A stretch of 54,497 nt of DNA, the filler included, from Catajapyx aquilonaris (lineage: Eukaryota), in the NCBI GenBank assembly GCA_000934665.2. It is 2 parts of 2 records of this genome, joined end to end, with 100 filler letters (N's around TTAATTAATTAA, not from the genome) between each part and the next. Parts side by side here need not be neighbours in the genome. Positions count along the whole stretch, not along the records: positions 1 to 27,184 come from JYFJ02005092.1; positions 27,285 to 54,497 come from JYFJ02005093.1. One strand, given 5' to 3'. Made by a program: the position numbers and the translations under genes. Below, piece by piece: positions 25,122 through 37,289 of the stretch. The first letter of the stretch is position 1; each line of letters starts with the position of its first letter. Below the pieces are notes generated by a model. The model ran no database searches. It was not told where the DNA came from and saw only the letters and a list, made by a program, of their open reading frames with translations.

Positions 25122-25458
25122 CTTTGCACAGCCTTTGAACTGAAATGCACGCCGTTACCTATATTTCAGCTTGAAGACATACGGTATGGCAGATATACAA
25201 GGTTTTAATATATGAAACACAAAATGGATGGGAGCTGGGATTATCTCTGCTGCTGCGTCATTTCTGTCTCCGTAATTTAGAAAATAATACTGGGAGGTTC
25301 CATTTGAGATCAGCCAGTGAGTGAAAAAAGGTGTCAGGTCATAGTCATCGATTTTTTTGAAAAATATATATGTGAAACCCACATCGAATTGAACTATTAT
25401 GGAACAATCAGTTTTACGAGATTAAATTTAGTTATCGAGATATAAATGTTTCTTTAAA

Positions 25459-27184
25459 GGGGTACCAAAATCACAATCACGCGAAGACGCACTTTTTCCA
25501 GCTTCTTCCATTGCTTTCAATGAGTATATCTCGGGAACTGTTCTGAGAACCAACATTAAATTTTTTACTCATGCTTTTGGAATAACACGCTGTTATGTAA
25601 TGCATAAATTTACCTTATTTAATGGTACAGTCACCTGCAAAAAAAATCTCCAACATTGCATATTTTGGTCAACATTCGCATATTTCGCAATTTATTACGG
25701 CGTTATGGTAAACGTGACGGTTATGCCGATTATATTTTGTGATATACTCGGTCACCCCCTCCAGGCTATGAAATAAAACCTTCGTTAGCTCCGCGTGTAG
25801 TTGAGATATTCGAGGTGAAAATATAGCAAAAAGCGAAAACATGCATATTTCAAAAATTATTTTCTCAAAAAAAACCATTTTTAATATTTTATTTTTATTT
25901 TTTATTTTACAAGGTAAGGCATGGTATAAAATTACCTGGTGTCAAAACCCCGCATATATTTTTTGTGCGTGAGATATAAATTTTTGAAAAGTCACAACTT
26001 TTGTAATTGTGCTACAATATGCACACTTTTTAAAATAAATATTTTCTCGAAGAAGCCATTTTAAATATTTTATTTTTATTTTTTATTTTATAAGGTCGGA
26101 CATGTTATAAAATTAAGTAGTGTCAAAACCCGGTGTATATTTCTTATACGTGAGATATAAATTTTTGTAAAGTAACAACATTCGAAATTGTGCTACAATA
26201 TGCACACTTAAAATAAATATTTTCTCGAAGAAGCCATTTTGAAAATTTAATCGTTATTTTTTGTATACCAAAGTAGCATGAGTTCGATTATAAAATTATA
26301 TCAAAATTCGGTATATATTTGTATTCAGTGAGATACGAATTTTTCTCACAGGGGCGATTTTTGTTTCTATGCAACAACATGCACATTTCAAAAATTAATA
26401 TATGGAAAACGCCATTTTTAATTTGCAATATTCTTTTATAATTATTTCATAAAGGAAAGACCGGTTCTGTCATAACATAATATCAAAACCTGGTATAGAT
26501 TCTTGATAAATTAGGTACAAATTTATGAAAAGTGGTATTTTTGCTTTTGTTTAGTGTCTTTCAACACCCTTGCAGTTACTTCTAAAGTTATAAACTCATA
26601 ATGAATTATAACAATAGTGAAATTTATTTATATTTCGTCAGTTGCAACACTCCGTATCCTATCTCATAGACTTGGGTACAGTTGTTCGCATATTAATATG
26701 CGTGAACTGATATAGTCTAACTTTTGTTGTGAATTTCATTATAGTAAGGGAACTTACTTGACAGTACTTAAGTAGCAGTCACTTCCTCTTGTCAGGAGAA
26801 GTATATGTATTGTACATCCATTGTCCACGAACCAATGATGGCAACTTTGAATCACTTTCGCCGCTGGAATGGCTACCCATTCATCTTTTTTTTGCTTCCG
26901 GTATGCTTCCACACAATCTTGGGTTACATGTATAATGGTCACGTTTTTTAGAGAAGCACTTAATACCCTGGCTAAATCTTCTGCAGACTGGATGGCATCT
27001 ACTGCATCATGGGTCAGATTGTGTAGTGTCGCGTGGTGCTTCATTAGTCCTCCGACTCCGTCACATGGACCTTTCCCATGCCCAGTTGCAGTGAATATCC
27101 ATTCCCTTTCTGGACTTGTTTTTCGATAGGAAAGTGCATTCAATTGGTAGCGGTTTTTAAAATGGCTTGCGGCACCATCGGAGA
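25459..27184 (-). mobile_element. Sola2-like DNA transposon, 3' part, truncated by the gap
   Basis: 26754-27184 encodes SDGAASHFKNRYQ...WIFTATGHGKGPCDGVGGLMK (Sola2-type DDD core). Long AT-rich subterminal region; putative terminus GGGGTACC after TTAAA. Confidence 0.7.
25835..26540. repeat. About four diverged ~180-bp tandem repeats (Sola-like subterminal array)
   Basis: ATGCACA...AAATA...TTTTCTC...CCATTTT...TCAAAAC...GAGATA...AATTTTT recurs near 25841, 26019, 26200 and 26379. Confidence 0.85.
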
Positions 27185-27284
27185 NNNNNNNNNNNNNNNN
27201 NNNNNNNNNNNNNNNNNNNNNNNNNNNNTTAATTAATTAANNNNNNNNNNNNNNNNNNNNNNNNNNNNNNNNNNNNNNNNNNNN
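27185..27284. other. Assembly gap with artificial six-frame-stop linker
   Basis: 100-nt block: Ns, TTAATTAATTAA, Ns. Confidence 0.97.
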
Positions 27285-27540
27285 CCCATCTGGCACAGTG
27301 AAGTTATACAAGTAAAATCCATAGGAATTGGTGCCATGAGTTGAATCAATTCATGGGACATGCTTCACACCCTTTTACACGCATTATCCACCTCCTACTA
27401 CAGGAGTTGGATCATATGAGCAGTTATGCTGATACCTTTTGGACCCCCATCTTGTTATCAAATAAACTGCCAGTCATGAGCATATTCAGTTTGTTTCTCT
27501 GTTAGTTTGAGTGGGAAGGAGTCAAAGCATCTCTGTGTCA
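27285..27540 (-). mobile_element. MULE/Mutator transposase fragment
   Basis: IDSTHGTNSYGFYLYNFTVPDG matches the MULE first-Asp motif DSTHGTNxY; stops upstream. Confidence 0.65.
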
Positions 27541-27959
27541 TACCCTCAAAAAGATTCATTTCTGTTCAGTTGATGATGGTAAATAAGAGCAGCATGAAGG
27601 TCTGTCAGAATTCCATGCTCATTGTGCTGTACATCACGAAATTGGTGGCCGAGTTCATAGGCACAATCTCCTTTGGAGGATTTCATTATAAAATTAATTA
27701 CTGTCCGTGCTGTTCACCTTCTGCCAACTCTTATTCACCCTTTTCCATTATCCGGCCAGTCCTTCCGGCAATGCAAGCATTCTCTGGGCCTCTGTGCTTT
27801 TTACCGGATATATTAGTAATTCATTCTATGTATTCCCCTTGGTTGTACTGGAGGCTTCAGTGGAAAGATTTGATGGAATTTAATCTCTTTAAATTAAATT
27901 CTCCTTATAATAAACACAAACACATGCAGGCTTTACATTAATGTGTCCCATGAGAGGTC

Positions 27960-28120
27960 TTGATATTCTTTTTCACGCCCTTTCTCCATGCCCTGAATGC
28001 AGAGTTCTTGCCTTTTCCCTGAGAAATATGACACTGTCACAACCGGAACATGCGTGGAATCCTCTTAAGCGCAGCCGATATCGTCTCTCCGAGTACATTT
28101 GCCATGTTATGTACAGGCAA
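27960..28120 (-). mobile_element. Academ-like transposase (XPG-like domain) fragment
   Basis: LRGFHACSGCDSV resembles FHAFTGCDTxS. Confidence 0.5.
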
Positions 28121-29337
28121 GTAACGGGCTGAACCAACTTGGTGAGAGACATCTGAGGAAGCTTGGAAAGAGGCTTGGTCCTCCTGGTAAATACCTGGTC
28201 CGTGCTGAAACGGCTCCGGAACTCGGGATCATCTGGATACACTTGTACACCACAGTCAATTAGCCTCCCCTCTTTCCGCATGCCGATAAGAGGACAAAAA
28301 CACCCCCCAATCCGGCGACAAGTTTGTGCAGAATCCAGATAATAGCTTGGAAAAGGCACATGATTATCTATCCAGAGCCTATGCTCAAGTGATACTTTTT
28401 TGGCCCTACGATCTCAGGCCCCCCGGGTTTGTGACGTAAATACGATACGCCCAATTTTCCATGACACATATTGGGAAAAGTTCCCTTGCGATCAATCAAA
28501 ATCATTAGGACAAAGCGGAGTATTGAAAGAAAGAGACGTTTTTAGCTGCACAATTTATTTACCTGGCTAATTACATCTTGCAAAGTGACTCTGTGACGCG
28601 AAGGCATCACATAAAATAGTGGGTCCATTGTACTTTGATTTATTCTGCCTTGATACGTGCGTTACAAACAAAAGTCAGGAAGGGATAGGAGAAATGGGTA
28701 AAGAGTGATAGGTCAGGAGTAACGACCAGCTCCCGGGGAACTGGCCTGGAGCATACGTGGGTGGTTGGTTAAGTAGTAAGGTGAGAACAATGCATGATGG
28801 GTACTCACGAAGGTGAAACAGAAGTTACGTATTTAACAGAATGTATGATGGTTAACAGACCTTTGCAGCTAACGGTATATACATAGATGGAGAAATAGGT
28901 CAACCTCGCCAATGCAACGGTGCATCTCGCATTGGTAAATGGGGGAGGCAACAACAACTCGAAAAGAAAAAAGGGTGATGGAATGGGCCAAAGACCCCCT
29001 GTCATTCAGGAAGGTGACAACTCCAACACACGTTCTCTTTTGTTTTTTATTAACCACTGATCTCGGGCGGAAAGCAAATGAAACACTTTTTGCACTCTAT
29101 ACATACCATCTGCCAGACCATTCATCTTCATCACACATTCACTCTTCGTTGGCAGCATGTGCTACTCCCCAACCACCATTTGCCACAATCTCGACGGCGC
29201 CGGGGACGGCTGGCTGCATGAGCCGGCATGTCGGGCTGCAGGAAAAATAATTGGTGTCGTGAAAATTACTAATAGCTTCTGCCAAATGGGCTAAAATAAA
29301 AAAATAAAATAAAAATTTAAAAATGTATGTAAACCCT

Positions 29338-29945
29338 CTACTCTGCGACAGCCCGCCGCCGCTTCCAACTTCTTTGGCTGTTGTCCAACTCTCTCTGTTC
29401 AGCCCTTATGTATGTGGCAACCTCGTCTCGTCCATTTGCCTCAGCCAGATCTTGTGGTCTTCGGCGTTTGGTGGTGGTGGTGGCCTCCATGTCGGCCCCC
29501 TTTTCCACCAGGAAGGCCACCACATCTTCGTGGCCACGGTAGGCCGCCACATGCAGAGGGGTCCACCCATCCGCAGTGGTGGCCTCCAACTTGGCCCCCT
29601 TCTCCAACCTTCAAACCATGGTAGGCCGCCAGATGGAGAGGGGTCTGGCCGGATTTGTTTGCAGCTTCCAAGTGCGCGCCCTTCCTCAGCAGCAGCCTGA
29701 CCGTCTCCACGTGGTTATGGGAGGCCGCAAGGTGTAATGGGGTCTCCCTATCCTTGTTTTCCGCTCCCATGTTGGCATTTACCTTCAGCAGTTCGCGCAC
29801 CATTTCCACGTGGTTACAGCAGGCCGCCAAGTGGAGGGCCGTCTCCCCATCATTGTTCTTGGCCTCCAGCTCCGCCCCCTCCTTTAGCAATACCTGGGCC
29901 ATTTCCACACATCCTGTTGTAACTGCCACATGAATGGCCTGGACG
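29338..29945 (-). pseudogene. Intronless ankyrin-repeat fragment, frameshifted near 29608
   Basis: Repeats GETALHLAA, RETPLHLAA, GQTPLHLAA, GWTPLHVAA; no own start; abuts a transposon end. Confidence 0.85.
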
Positions 29946-29986
29946 TCTAATAAAGGTTTGGCGGGGTACGGCGGGGTACGGCGGGG

Positions 29987-30054
29987 TACCCTCGAAATCA
30001 GTATTTTTTGCCCGATTTTTAGAATCCAACTTGTATTTTGAGTGGAGTGTCCCT
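29987..30054 (-). mobile_element. Kolobok-like transposon terminus inserted at TTAA
   Basis: TTAA-AGGGACACTCCACTCAAAATACAAG...; the TTAA (30055-30058) is unbroken in the paralog at 38611-38614. A second copy starts at 54359. Confidence 0.6.
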
Positions 30055-30058
30055 TTAA

Positions 30059-31591
30059 GCTTTGCTTCTCTGACCTCATCTGCCCAGTGACAAGGAAGGT
30101 AAACACCTCGACTTGGCTTTGCCTTGCCTTTTGAAGCAGTCCGAAATCTTTATCAGCATCAATGTAGGAGTGTCCACTCAAGAAAAATTTGTGGGTTATC
30201 TTTTCGAAGGAATCTCAAGGTGTTGAGGTAGTCCGAGTCGATAGTATACTCTGCACTCAAAAAATTTTTTACCTGTAGTAGCAAAAATTATGACTCCCTC
30301 AGCTATAAATTTTGGATCTATATGACGCTCCTAAAAATGTATCTGCCACAGATAAAAAATATAGGAACAGAAATTTACCTGCCACAGATATATTTTTATC
30401 CGTGAGAGACAAACTAACGTGCTCTAGCAGACAGGGAATATGCAGCTGTCACTGCTAAAACATAATTTATCTGGAACATTTTAGCTATGGCAGGTATAAT
30501 TCTTTTACTATAGCAACTGTACTGTTTAGCTGAAATACCTCCTTTTCATATACTTGATTTAAATAATTGTAAAATGCACTGGAATAAAATGCAAAGTATA
30601 CTATAAGCCCCCAAGAGTCCAGGTGATCGTCCACTGACACTTCGGTATCCATCCTGCGTGCACAGCTGCATCGCAGAAAGCCAGAAACAGACAAGCGCGT
30701 GTCGAGACCAGGACTGCTCTGCAATATGGCGCCCGCCGCACCGCCCGCACTTCTCCTGATCTACTCATGTTACGTCCTTTTCAAAGATGCATAAAAAAGT
30801 CTAAACCTGCATGCGGTATGTCTGGAAACATAAAAAAGACACACTGTCCAAAAGGTGCGCTAACAAACCAAAGTATATCACTTTCATGTCGGCAAATCGG
30901 ACGGGAACTTAAAATGACTGTAATGGAACAACACCCATGAAATGGCGTCGGTAGTCTCCACATGGTAGCCGACTTCAAACACAATATACAAACTTCGTGC
31001 ATCTGGTTCCAGGCGTGGGTCTGAAGAGGTTATAATTACAAATTAAGCCGTGATTTTAGCTTGTTTTTCAACATATGCTTGACGATGGAATCTGGACATT
31101 TACGGATATCTCATTGTTTTCCGACCGGACGCGGCGCGCGCAGCTTCTTCACGTCTAGCATTTTCGCCCTCCCAGCAGAACATTAGCTGTGTCAGGCAAA
31201 GGCCTCTAACACGCTTTACTGGTACAGCTAAATGCTCTGACTCTTTCAGCTATAAGCAACAGTAAGAATATATGGCTCTGGCAGGTACATACGTTGCCAA
31301 AGGCAGGTTAACTACATGCCTGCTCCAGCTGAACTTGCATCTGGGACAGCTAAAATGCGGTTGCTAAAAATTATTTGCTGTCACAGCCATATCCTTTTTT
31401 GAGTGTGCATGTTGTGGCAACGACAAATCAAGTCGGATGGTCCATTTTCGCCTGAAAATAGTGCTTGGTTAACGGAGAAAATGCATGCGGTTTTTGACTT
31501 AGTACATTTGGGAAGGCGCATATGCGCGCAATATTGTCGCTTGGTCCGACTCTGCACCGTAATGACTCAAGCACGTCGACTAAGTCCGCAC
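30059..31591 (-). mobile_element. Sola1-like transposase fragment, split by a CACTA-type insertion
   Basis: ITHKFFLSGHSYIDADKDFGLL. Segments 30059-30253 plus 31406-31591 match the continuous copy at 38612-38996. Confidence 0.7.
30254..31405. mobile_element. Non-autonomous EnSpm/CACTA-type element
   Basis: TIR CACTCAAAAAA / TTTTTTGAGTG, 2-bp TG duplication, many ACAGCTA/ACAGGTA-like subterminal motifs; the empty site CTCTGCATG is present at ~38800. Confidence 0.85.
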
Positions 31592-31809
31592 GTGGGTCAC
31601 TGTTTGGAAGGGAAGGAGTCGATATAGGAGATGGACCATTAGTGCAAAAAATTACCCATTTTTTTCCAATGTATCATCGTAGTATGATCTCAAATTCGTC
31701 GTCGTTCATGTCCCTTGGTCAATTCATGCGCTCAAGCCCTCATTTATATGCTTCACATCTTAATGAACACACCAGGAACAGCAACACCTAGCCCAAAGAC
31801 AATAATACG

Positions 31810-31930
31810 ATGGCACAGCAGGGTTAAAGAGCAATCAGGCATGTCTTCCATGTAACCTGCTTTGTACCATGCATATTTTCTGAATTCCTTGAATCTGGGT
31901 GCTGAGGATTGATAGTGAATGCGGGTGTTG
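31810..31930 (-). mobile_element. pogo/Tc5-like transposase C-terminal fragment
   Basis: IHYQSSAPRFKEFRKYAWYKAGYME. Confidence 0.55.
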
Positions 31931-32634
31931 TGGCTTCGGAATATTGACCATTTTGACCCTGCTAACGTGAAAGTTAGCAGTGGAGGTGATGTTTACACAA
32001 CACTAGGCCAAGCAGAATTAGATAAGTCTTCAAAAAATTCAAAGTTCGGGGGTGTAAATTGTGGTAGTTTGGTTGTGAGTTCTGTATTCCTTTCTGCAGT
32101 CGTTTTACAGCTATTACATCCTGCCTTCTCATTACTCCTAGTTTGACACGACTTCTCTTCAGTTTGCGGGCTAGAATTTTGGGTGCCTTCCTTCACATTC
32201 TTATATGCCACTGAAAACGTGAATACTGATGATTACAGTTTTTTTCGGGAGTTGCCTTTCACTCTTGAGATTGCCTCCCAACTTAATTCTTAGGTATTCC
32301 TACTTGACCTAGACAGGGTGTAACGGTTTGACCCTGACCACCCTATTTGTGGAATATAGGCCCTAAATGGTACATTTTAAATTCCACTGAATGACAATAG
32401 TAGTGCCGAACAACCAAGTAGTTACACCTCTGAATTACAATGTACCAGACCATACCGTACACAAATTCCCCAGTAAAGTCTTTAACAAATATGTACATTA
32501 TAGTTTACAGGGTTACCATATAGTAGAGGCTGGACATATAGGTCATAATATTGTATTGTTGGTTCCCAGTCTATCAATAATATTGTCAACAATACAATTT
32601 TGAACATGCCTCCGTACTGCACCATCTTATCCCC

Positions 32635-33640
32635 CTAACCTCTATGTGTATGTACTGCTACTTCTGTTTTTGCCGGTAGTACAACCTTTGGTTTTGCGAC
32701 CATGTCATCGTACACCTCCCAACTCAGGTCTGGCCTTCGGCAATACGCTACATATTGGCCAGCATCAGTGTCTCTCTCTGGTGCAGAGAAGTGCACTACG
32801 CCACGCAGATGGTACGACTTTCCGGAGATCTCCATCAAGGTACGGATATCTTGCAGACAGCACGTGAGACATTCCTTAACGATGTAAGCGCTGTTGACGT
32901 TGTGCTGCCTCTCAGAGTTATCCACTATGCCACAATGCTGAGAAGTTCACGAGCTTCATGAAGAGAGTCAGCTCTTGCAACAAGAATTATGGATCGGGTA
33001 AGGAATTCCTTCTGACGAGGTTTCAGACATGCAATTTCTTTCCGGCGTCGTACCATTTTTGTGAGGTGAGCAACATCGAGGCGCACGAGTACCTTCGGCC
33101 TGCTCGAATTCTGTTTTACTGCCATAATTTCCTTTGAAGTACCAGTTGCAGGGCATGCGCCTCGCTTCATACAGCAAAGCTGCCAGTACATCGGTCCATA
33201 TCTCGAGCTGTAGCACCTCTATCGCTCTGCAGCCTCCCTTACGATTTTTCGCAGACAACCGACGGTATTGTTAAGTCACTGGGGCCATCACTCGCCATTT
33301 CTCCTTCGGGATATGAAGAAGGAATTCAGTTGTCAGGGCTCCCTTTTGAGCGCCACCAGCAGGATCGTCGATGTCCTCTTCGTCCTCCTCTACTTCTGAT
33401 CCGTCCCGGAGAGTCGCTAACCATCGTAATTTGCCGATCGACAAGTCCAAGATCCTCCTTGATATTCCACTTATCGCAAGAGATGAATGTGTAAAGACCT
33501 TTGGGAGTTTTGTTTAGTCCGTGCTCCTTGATCAATTTTGACCATACTCTATCAGATAGAGGAACTACTTTCCCATACCTAATAATGAGCTGGTTGCTTA
33601 CTATCGAGGAGTAAGTTGGGTATGGATAGGTTGGGTTGGT
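32635..33640 (-). mobile_element. NOF-FB-like (Mutator-related) protein fragments, with C-terminal C19/USP-like His-box region
   Basis: VVPLSDRVWSKL...LYTFISCDK, VRLDVAHLTKMVRR, YHLRGVVHF...GQYVAYCRR...WEVYDD; deleted and frameshifted. Confidence 0.55.
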
Positions 33641-33702
33641 CACATTTGAGATATTTGCCGGTCGGTTCCTTTGTTTTGGGGTATGGGAGCAGGTGCGGTT
33701 AA

Positions 33703-34560
33703 TTAATGTTCTTTTGGGAACGGGTGTCTAGCTCTGATGAGCATGCGGGATAGGTTCTTGCCTTGTTTTGGCGTGTTGCTGACGCATCTTGTTACGTATC
33801 TGCAACCCATCGGAGCGGTCGTCCTCTGCCACTTTTTCACTATGTTGCTAAGCTGCTTATGTCCCGTACACTGTGGGAGAGTCCACCGCCGTTTGCCTGT
33901 CAGGTCAGGTGCTGGTTTCCTCAGGGGCGTGTCGTCGTATGGCATCAGGTGATGACCATCTTCCATGATGTTTTCCTGAATGATCTGGAACAGCTGGGCT
34001 AGTCCTGTTGCCACCAGTTGGGATGGGTACTTTCTTCTGATCAGCTGCACAAGCGTCTCCAGACCGGAGATGAGTGCTCCCGTAGCCGTAGTGGACCTAC
34101 GTCTAATTCGTATGAGGGCACCTGTAACGATTGCTTTAAAGACATGTTCTGAATGCAAGCTGTCGGGTGTCACACATGGCCGGGGGTTTAGTATAGTGTA
34201 CAGTTTGTATGTGTCTGTTTGCGTCAAAAAATATGTGCGTATCCAAGAATGGTGCATGTTTTCCTCTGTCGTGTACTGTCGCTGTCAAGTGTTTGTCGTT
34301 ACGTATTTTATCATTGTGTGTTCCCTGGTGATTATAAGAATGTCGTCTAAATATCACGAAAATGTGTGTACTTGTAGCTCGTTTTTCTTCATGAAAGTTA
34401 TCTCCAGTTCATTCAAAAAAATGTCAGCCAACAATGGTGAACAACTGGACCCCATGGCTATCCCCTTACTTTGTTTATAAAGGTCCTGGCCAAACCAGAA
34501 GTAATTGGCCGCAAAGAACATATCTAGCAGTTCTTCCATAATGGCTGGTGTAAATCTTCT
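33703..34560 (-). mobile_element. Penelope-like reverse transcriptase fragment
   Basis: NYFWFGQDLYKQSKGIAMGSSCSPLLADIFLNELE, APFLDTHIF, PDSLHSEHVFKAIVTGALIRIRRRST; frameshifted. Confidence 0.85.
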
Positions 34561-34949
34561 TGTTTCGTCGTGTGTTTTGTGCCAAAAAGTGTAGGTAGGG
34601 AGGTGCAGAAAACTACAACACCAATTGACCCTTTCACTGGGGAGTCCACTTTTGTGGCTTCTTTGATATTTACATAAGGACAAAAATTATGGCAATAAAA
34701 GGCACATAATTATGTCCAGAAGGAGATCTTTCATTTACATCCATAGGTTCAACATCTGGGTTAACATTTGCTTTGGTATAGGAAGCGTTTGGTTGGAAAT
34801 GCTTTTGAGGAACAGCACAGTTCTTCCCAAAATGGGGTGACCGATTCCAGGTGATATACCTCTGTTATTCCAGCAGACGGTCCTGCCTGGACCGCAGCCT
34901 TGGATTTCGATTTGAACAGCTTCGCCTGCATAGTAAAAATTGCATGTAT

Positions 34950-36392
34950 CTAAGCTGGAAAAACTTTAAAATGCTTTTCAACGAATTCTCTTTCCTGTCG
35001 CGAAAAGTTAAGGCATTAAAAATATGCGAATGAATCGGTGGGGGAATAGCAGCTTCTCCCATTTCGTAATTTCTGACTTGAGTAAATTCCCGCATGCCGC
35101 CGTAAATCGGCAAAACAGTTAGACCATCATAGAGAGGTTCTGGTATCTGGTACTGAGGATTGCACTGATGTTTACCCATCCAGTGCCTGCTCCTTCAACA
35201 GACGTAAGCTCGGCCCACGCAGCCGCTCCCGGGTAGCCCCTCAGATTCAGGTGGTCCCTGGGATTGAGATTGGTGTAGCCGACCGACGTCAAGAAGTTCC
35301 CGAGTACGTAGTCACATGTTTTTGCTGATTGAAAAGTTATGTTCTGCCATCCTGGACTCATAGAGAACAGATGCCTGGCAAGTAAACTGGTAAGCCCCAT
35401 TATGTCTGTGCTAATCCCATCAGCGAACTGAATGTCCACCTGCACCTGCTGTGGAAATATCATGGCTAATAGGATTTTGCGAAAGTCTTCAATATCGGAA
35501 CTGGTCACAGTTCCTACTAAAAATTGGTTGAAAGCATCAGCACGAGTCGATGACGTGTTCATCTGATTTGTCAATTGCGAAATCTCTAATTCTGAAAGTT
35601 TACATTCTGGAAAACAAAACTGAGATGAAAAAGCAACAGATAATGAATTGACTCTTGGCAGCCAGCTCAAGAAACTTGGAAGTCTTCTCGGAGTTGCTGT
35701 ATGCAACCAAGTAACGTTATTTCTTCCATAAACTGGTCGAACTCCATCGTAATTCCAGTTCTCTTGGTAGCAACAAATTCAGTCATCCAATTTCTAAGTT
35801 CTAGCGAATCACGAAATATTAAGTCTTGCGCTCTAGTAGCAATTCCGGCTATGAAAGGATTAATAACCACACCAATTTCTTCCCGATCTACATGAGAGAT
35901 AGGAACGAATGCTTCGCGATTATCTATCCACATATTCTTCACGTCTGCTTTTGTTACACCTTTAAGACGTATCATCTAACCCAACAAAGAAGGGGTCTAT
36001 TGTCGACATTCCTCCTTCTACGATCTTCTGGTGCACCCGATAAATTTTATATAATTCCTTTGTACCTCCTTCTATCACATGGTGCAACTTTCCCAGATAT
36101 TCGGGATAATTGCTACAGGGAGTCTGAACGGTTCTTTGCTTAGCAATCGTAAGGCACCATTCTCCTGGAACATCATATAAAATTTTTAACTGGATCGACT
36201 TTCTTGATTTCCTTCGGCATTTCAATACTAGCTGTACTCAAGAGCTTCAAGTAGCGTAGTTAGTTTCAAATCATGAATGTCTTTAACTTTAATATCTTCT
36301 GCTTTGTCCACCCCCTGTGGGGCCTCCGCAGATGTCGGAGCTGCAGACTGAACAACATTCTCGGTCTTAATATCCGAAATGCCCTCAGCCAT
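34950..36392 (-). other. Endogenous viral element: reovirus (orbivirus-like) VP3/T2 inner-capsid gene, degraded
   Basis: Frameshifted ORFs 35975-35667, 35706-35119, 35179-34865. DIEDFRKILLAMIFPQQVQVDIQF...[31 protein letters not shown]...GAGTGW aligns by eye with remembered bluetongue VP3 [21 protein letters not shown]...[31 protein letters not shown]...ATGTGY. Confidence 0.75.
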
Positions 36393-36639
36393 CTTTGGAC
36401 GGGTTTCACAATGCAGTTCACATGATGCAGTTAGTGTGAAGCAAAAGGAGTTGATTAGAGGAAAATAAAATCACCTCCGAGGCTTCGTTACTGCCTCCAA
36501 GAACTGGTGGAGTAGGCTGAACAATGGCCACTTCTTCCGTAACACAGCCTCGGAGCCACTTCGGCCATCTCCGAGCGCCTTCTTTTCCCGGACATATTTA
36601 TCCCTCAGGCTCTTCCACCTCGCCTTGGCTTCGGCAACT

Positions 36640-36800
36640 GTAAAAAATTATACCAGGGAGTTGTTTTTCAATGAAACAAGTTTCAAAGTGGTCTAAGTAA
36701 ATGTCAGCAATTAATGGGGCTACTGCACTCCCCATGCTGACACCCTTAACTTGTCTATAAACCCTATCTCCAAAGTGGAGGAGGGTGAACATTTCATTAA
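36640..36800 (-). mobile_element. Second, distinct Penelope-like RT fragment
   Basis: HFGDRVYRQVKGVSMGSAVAPLIADIYLDHFE. Confidence 0.8.
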
Positions 36801-37289
36801 GACCTTATCAGGGTAATGTCAATTTCTGATTCCCAATACTGCTTGATGTGAATTTATTACCAAGGCACATCCATATAGCCTACCCCATGAACATTTCGCC
36901 GTCGGGAAAATGTCGGGCCAACTGCGACAAACCGCCAGATTTAGGCGGCCCGCTGGCGCGTTGCTGACACCGGGCCGCTGGCCGAAATGGGAAAATGAAC
37001 GCCCCCCGCGTCACCGGCGGCAAAAGGTGTCGGCCCGACAGCTGCATCTCGCGGCAGGCCCGACAGAGGCATATTGCAGGAGTGTATTTATACTTACTGT
37101 TAATTCTTCACCATAATATATGTGCAACAGGCAACTGATCAGTCAATTTGCCTCTTTCCGTGCACCTGCCCCAATAACTGATGACTTACATGCCACATGC
37201 AACTTCTCGTGGAGAAAAATAAATGGGAGATTCCTGAGCAGACAGTAACACTCGTCTACATGCCACTTTTTATTGCGCATGTGCTAGTG

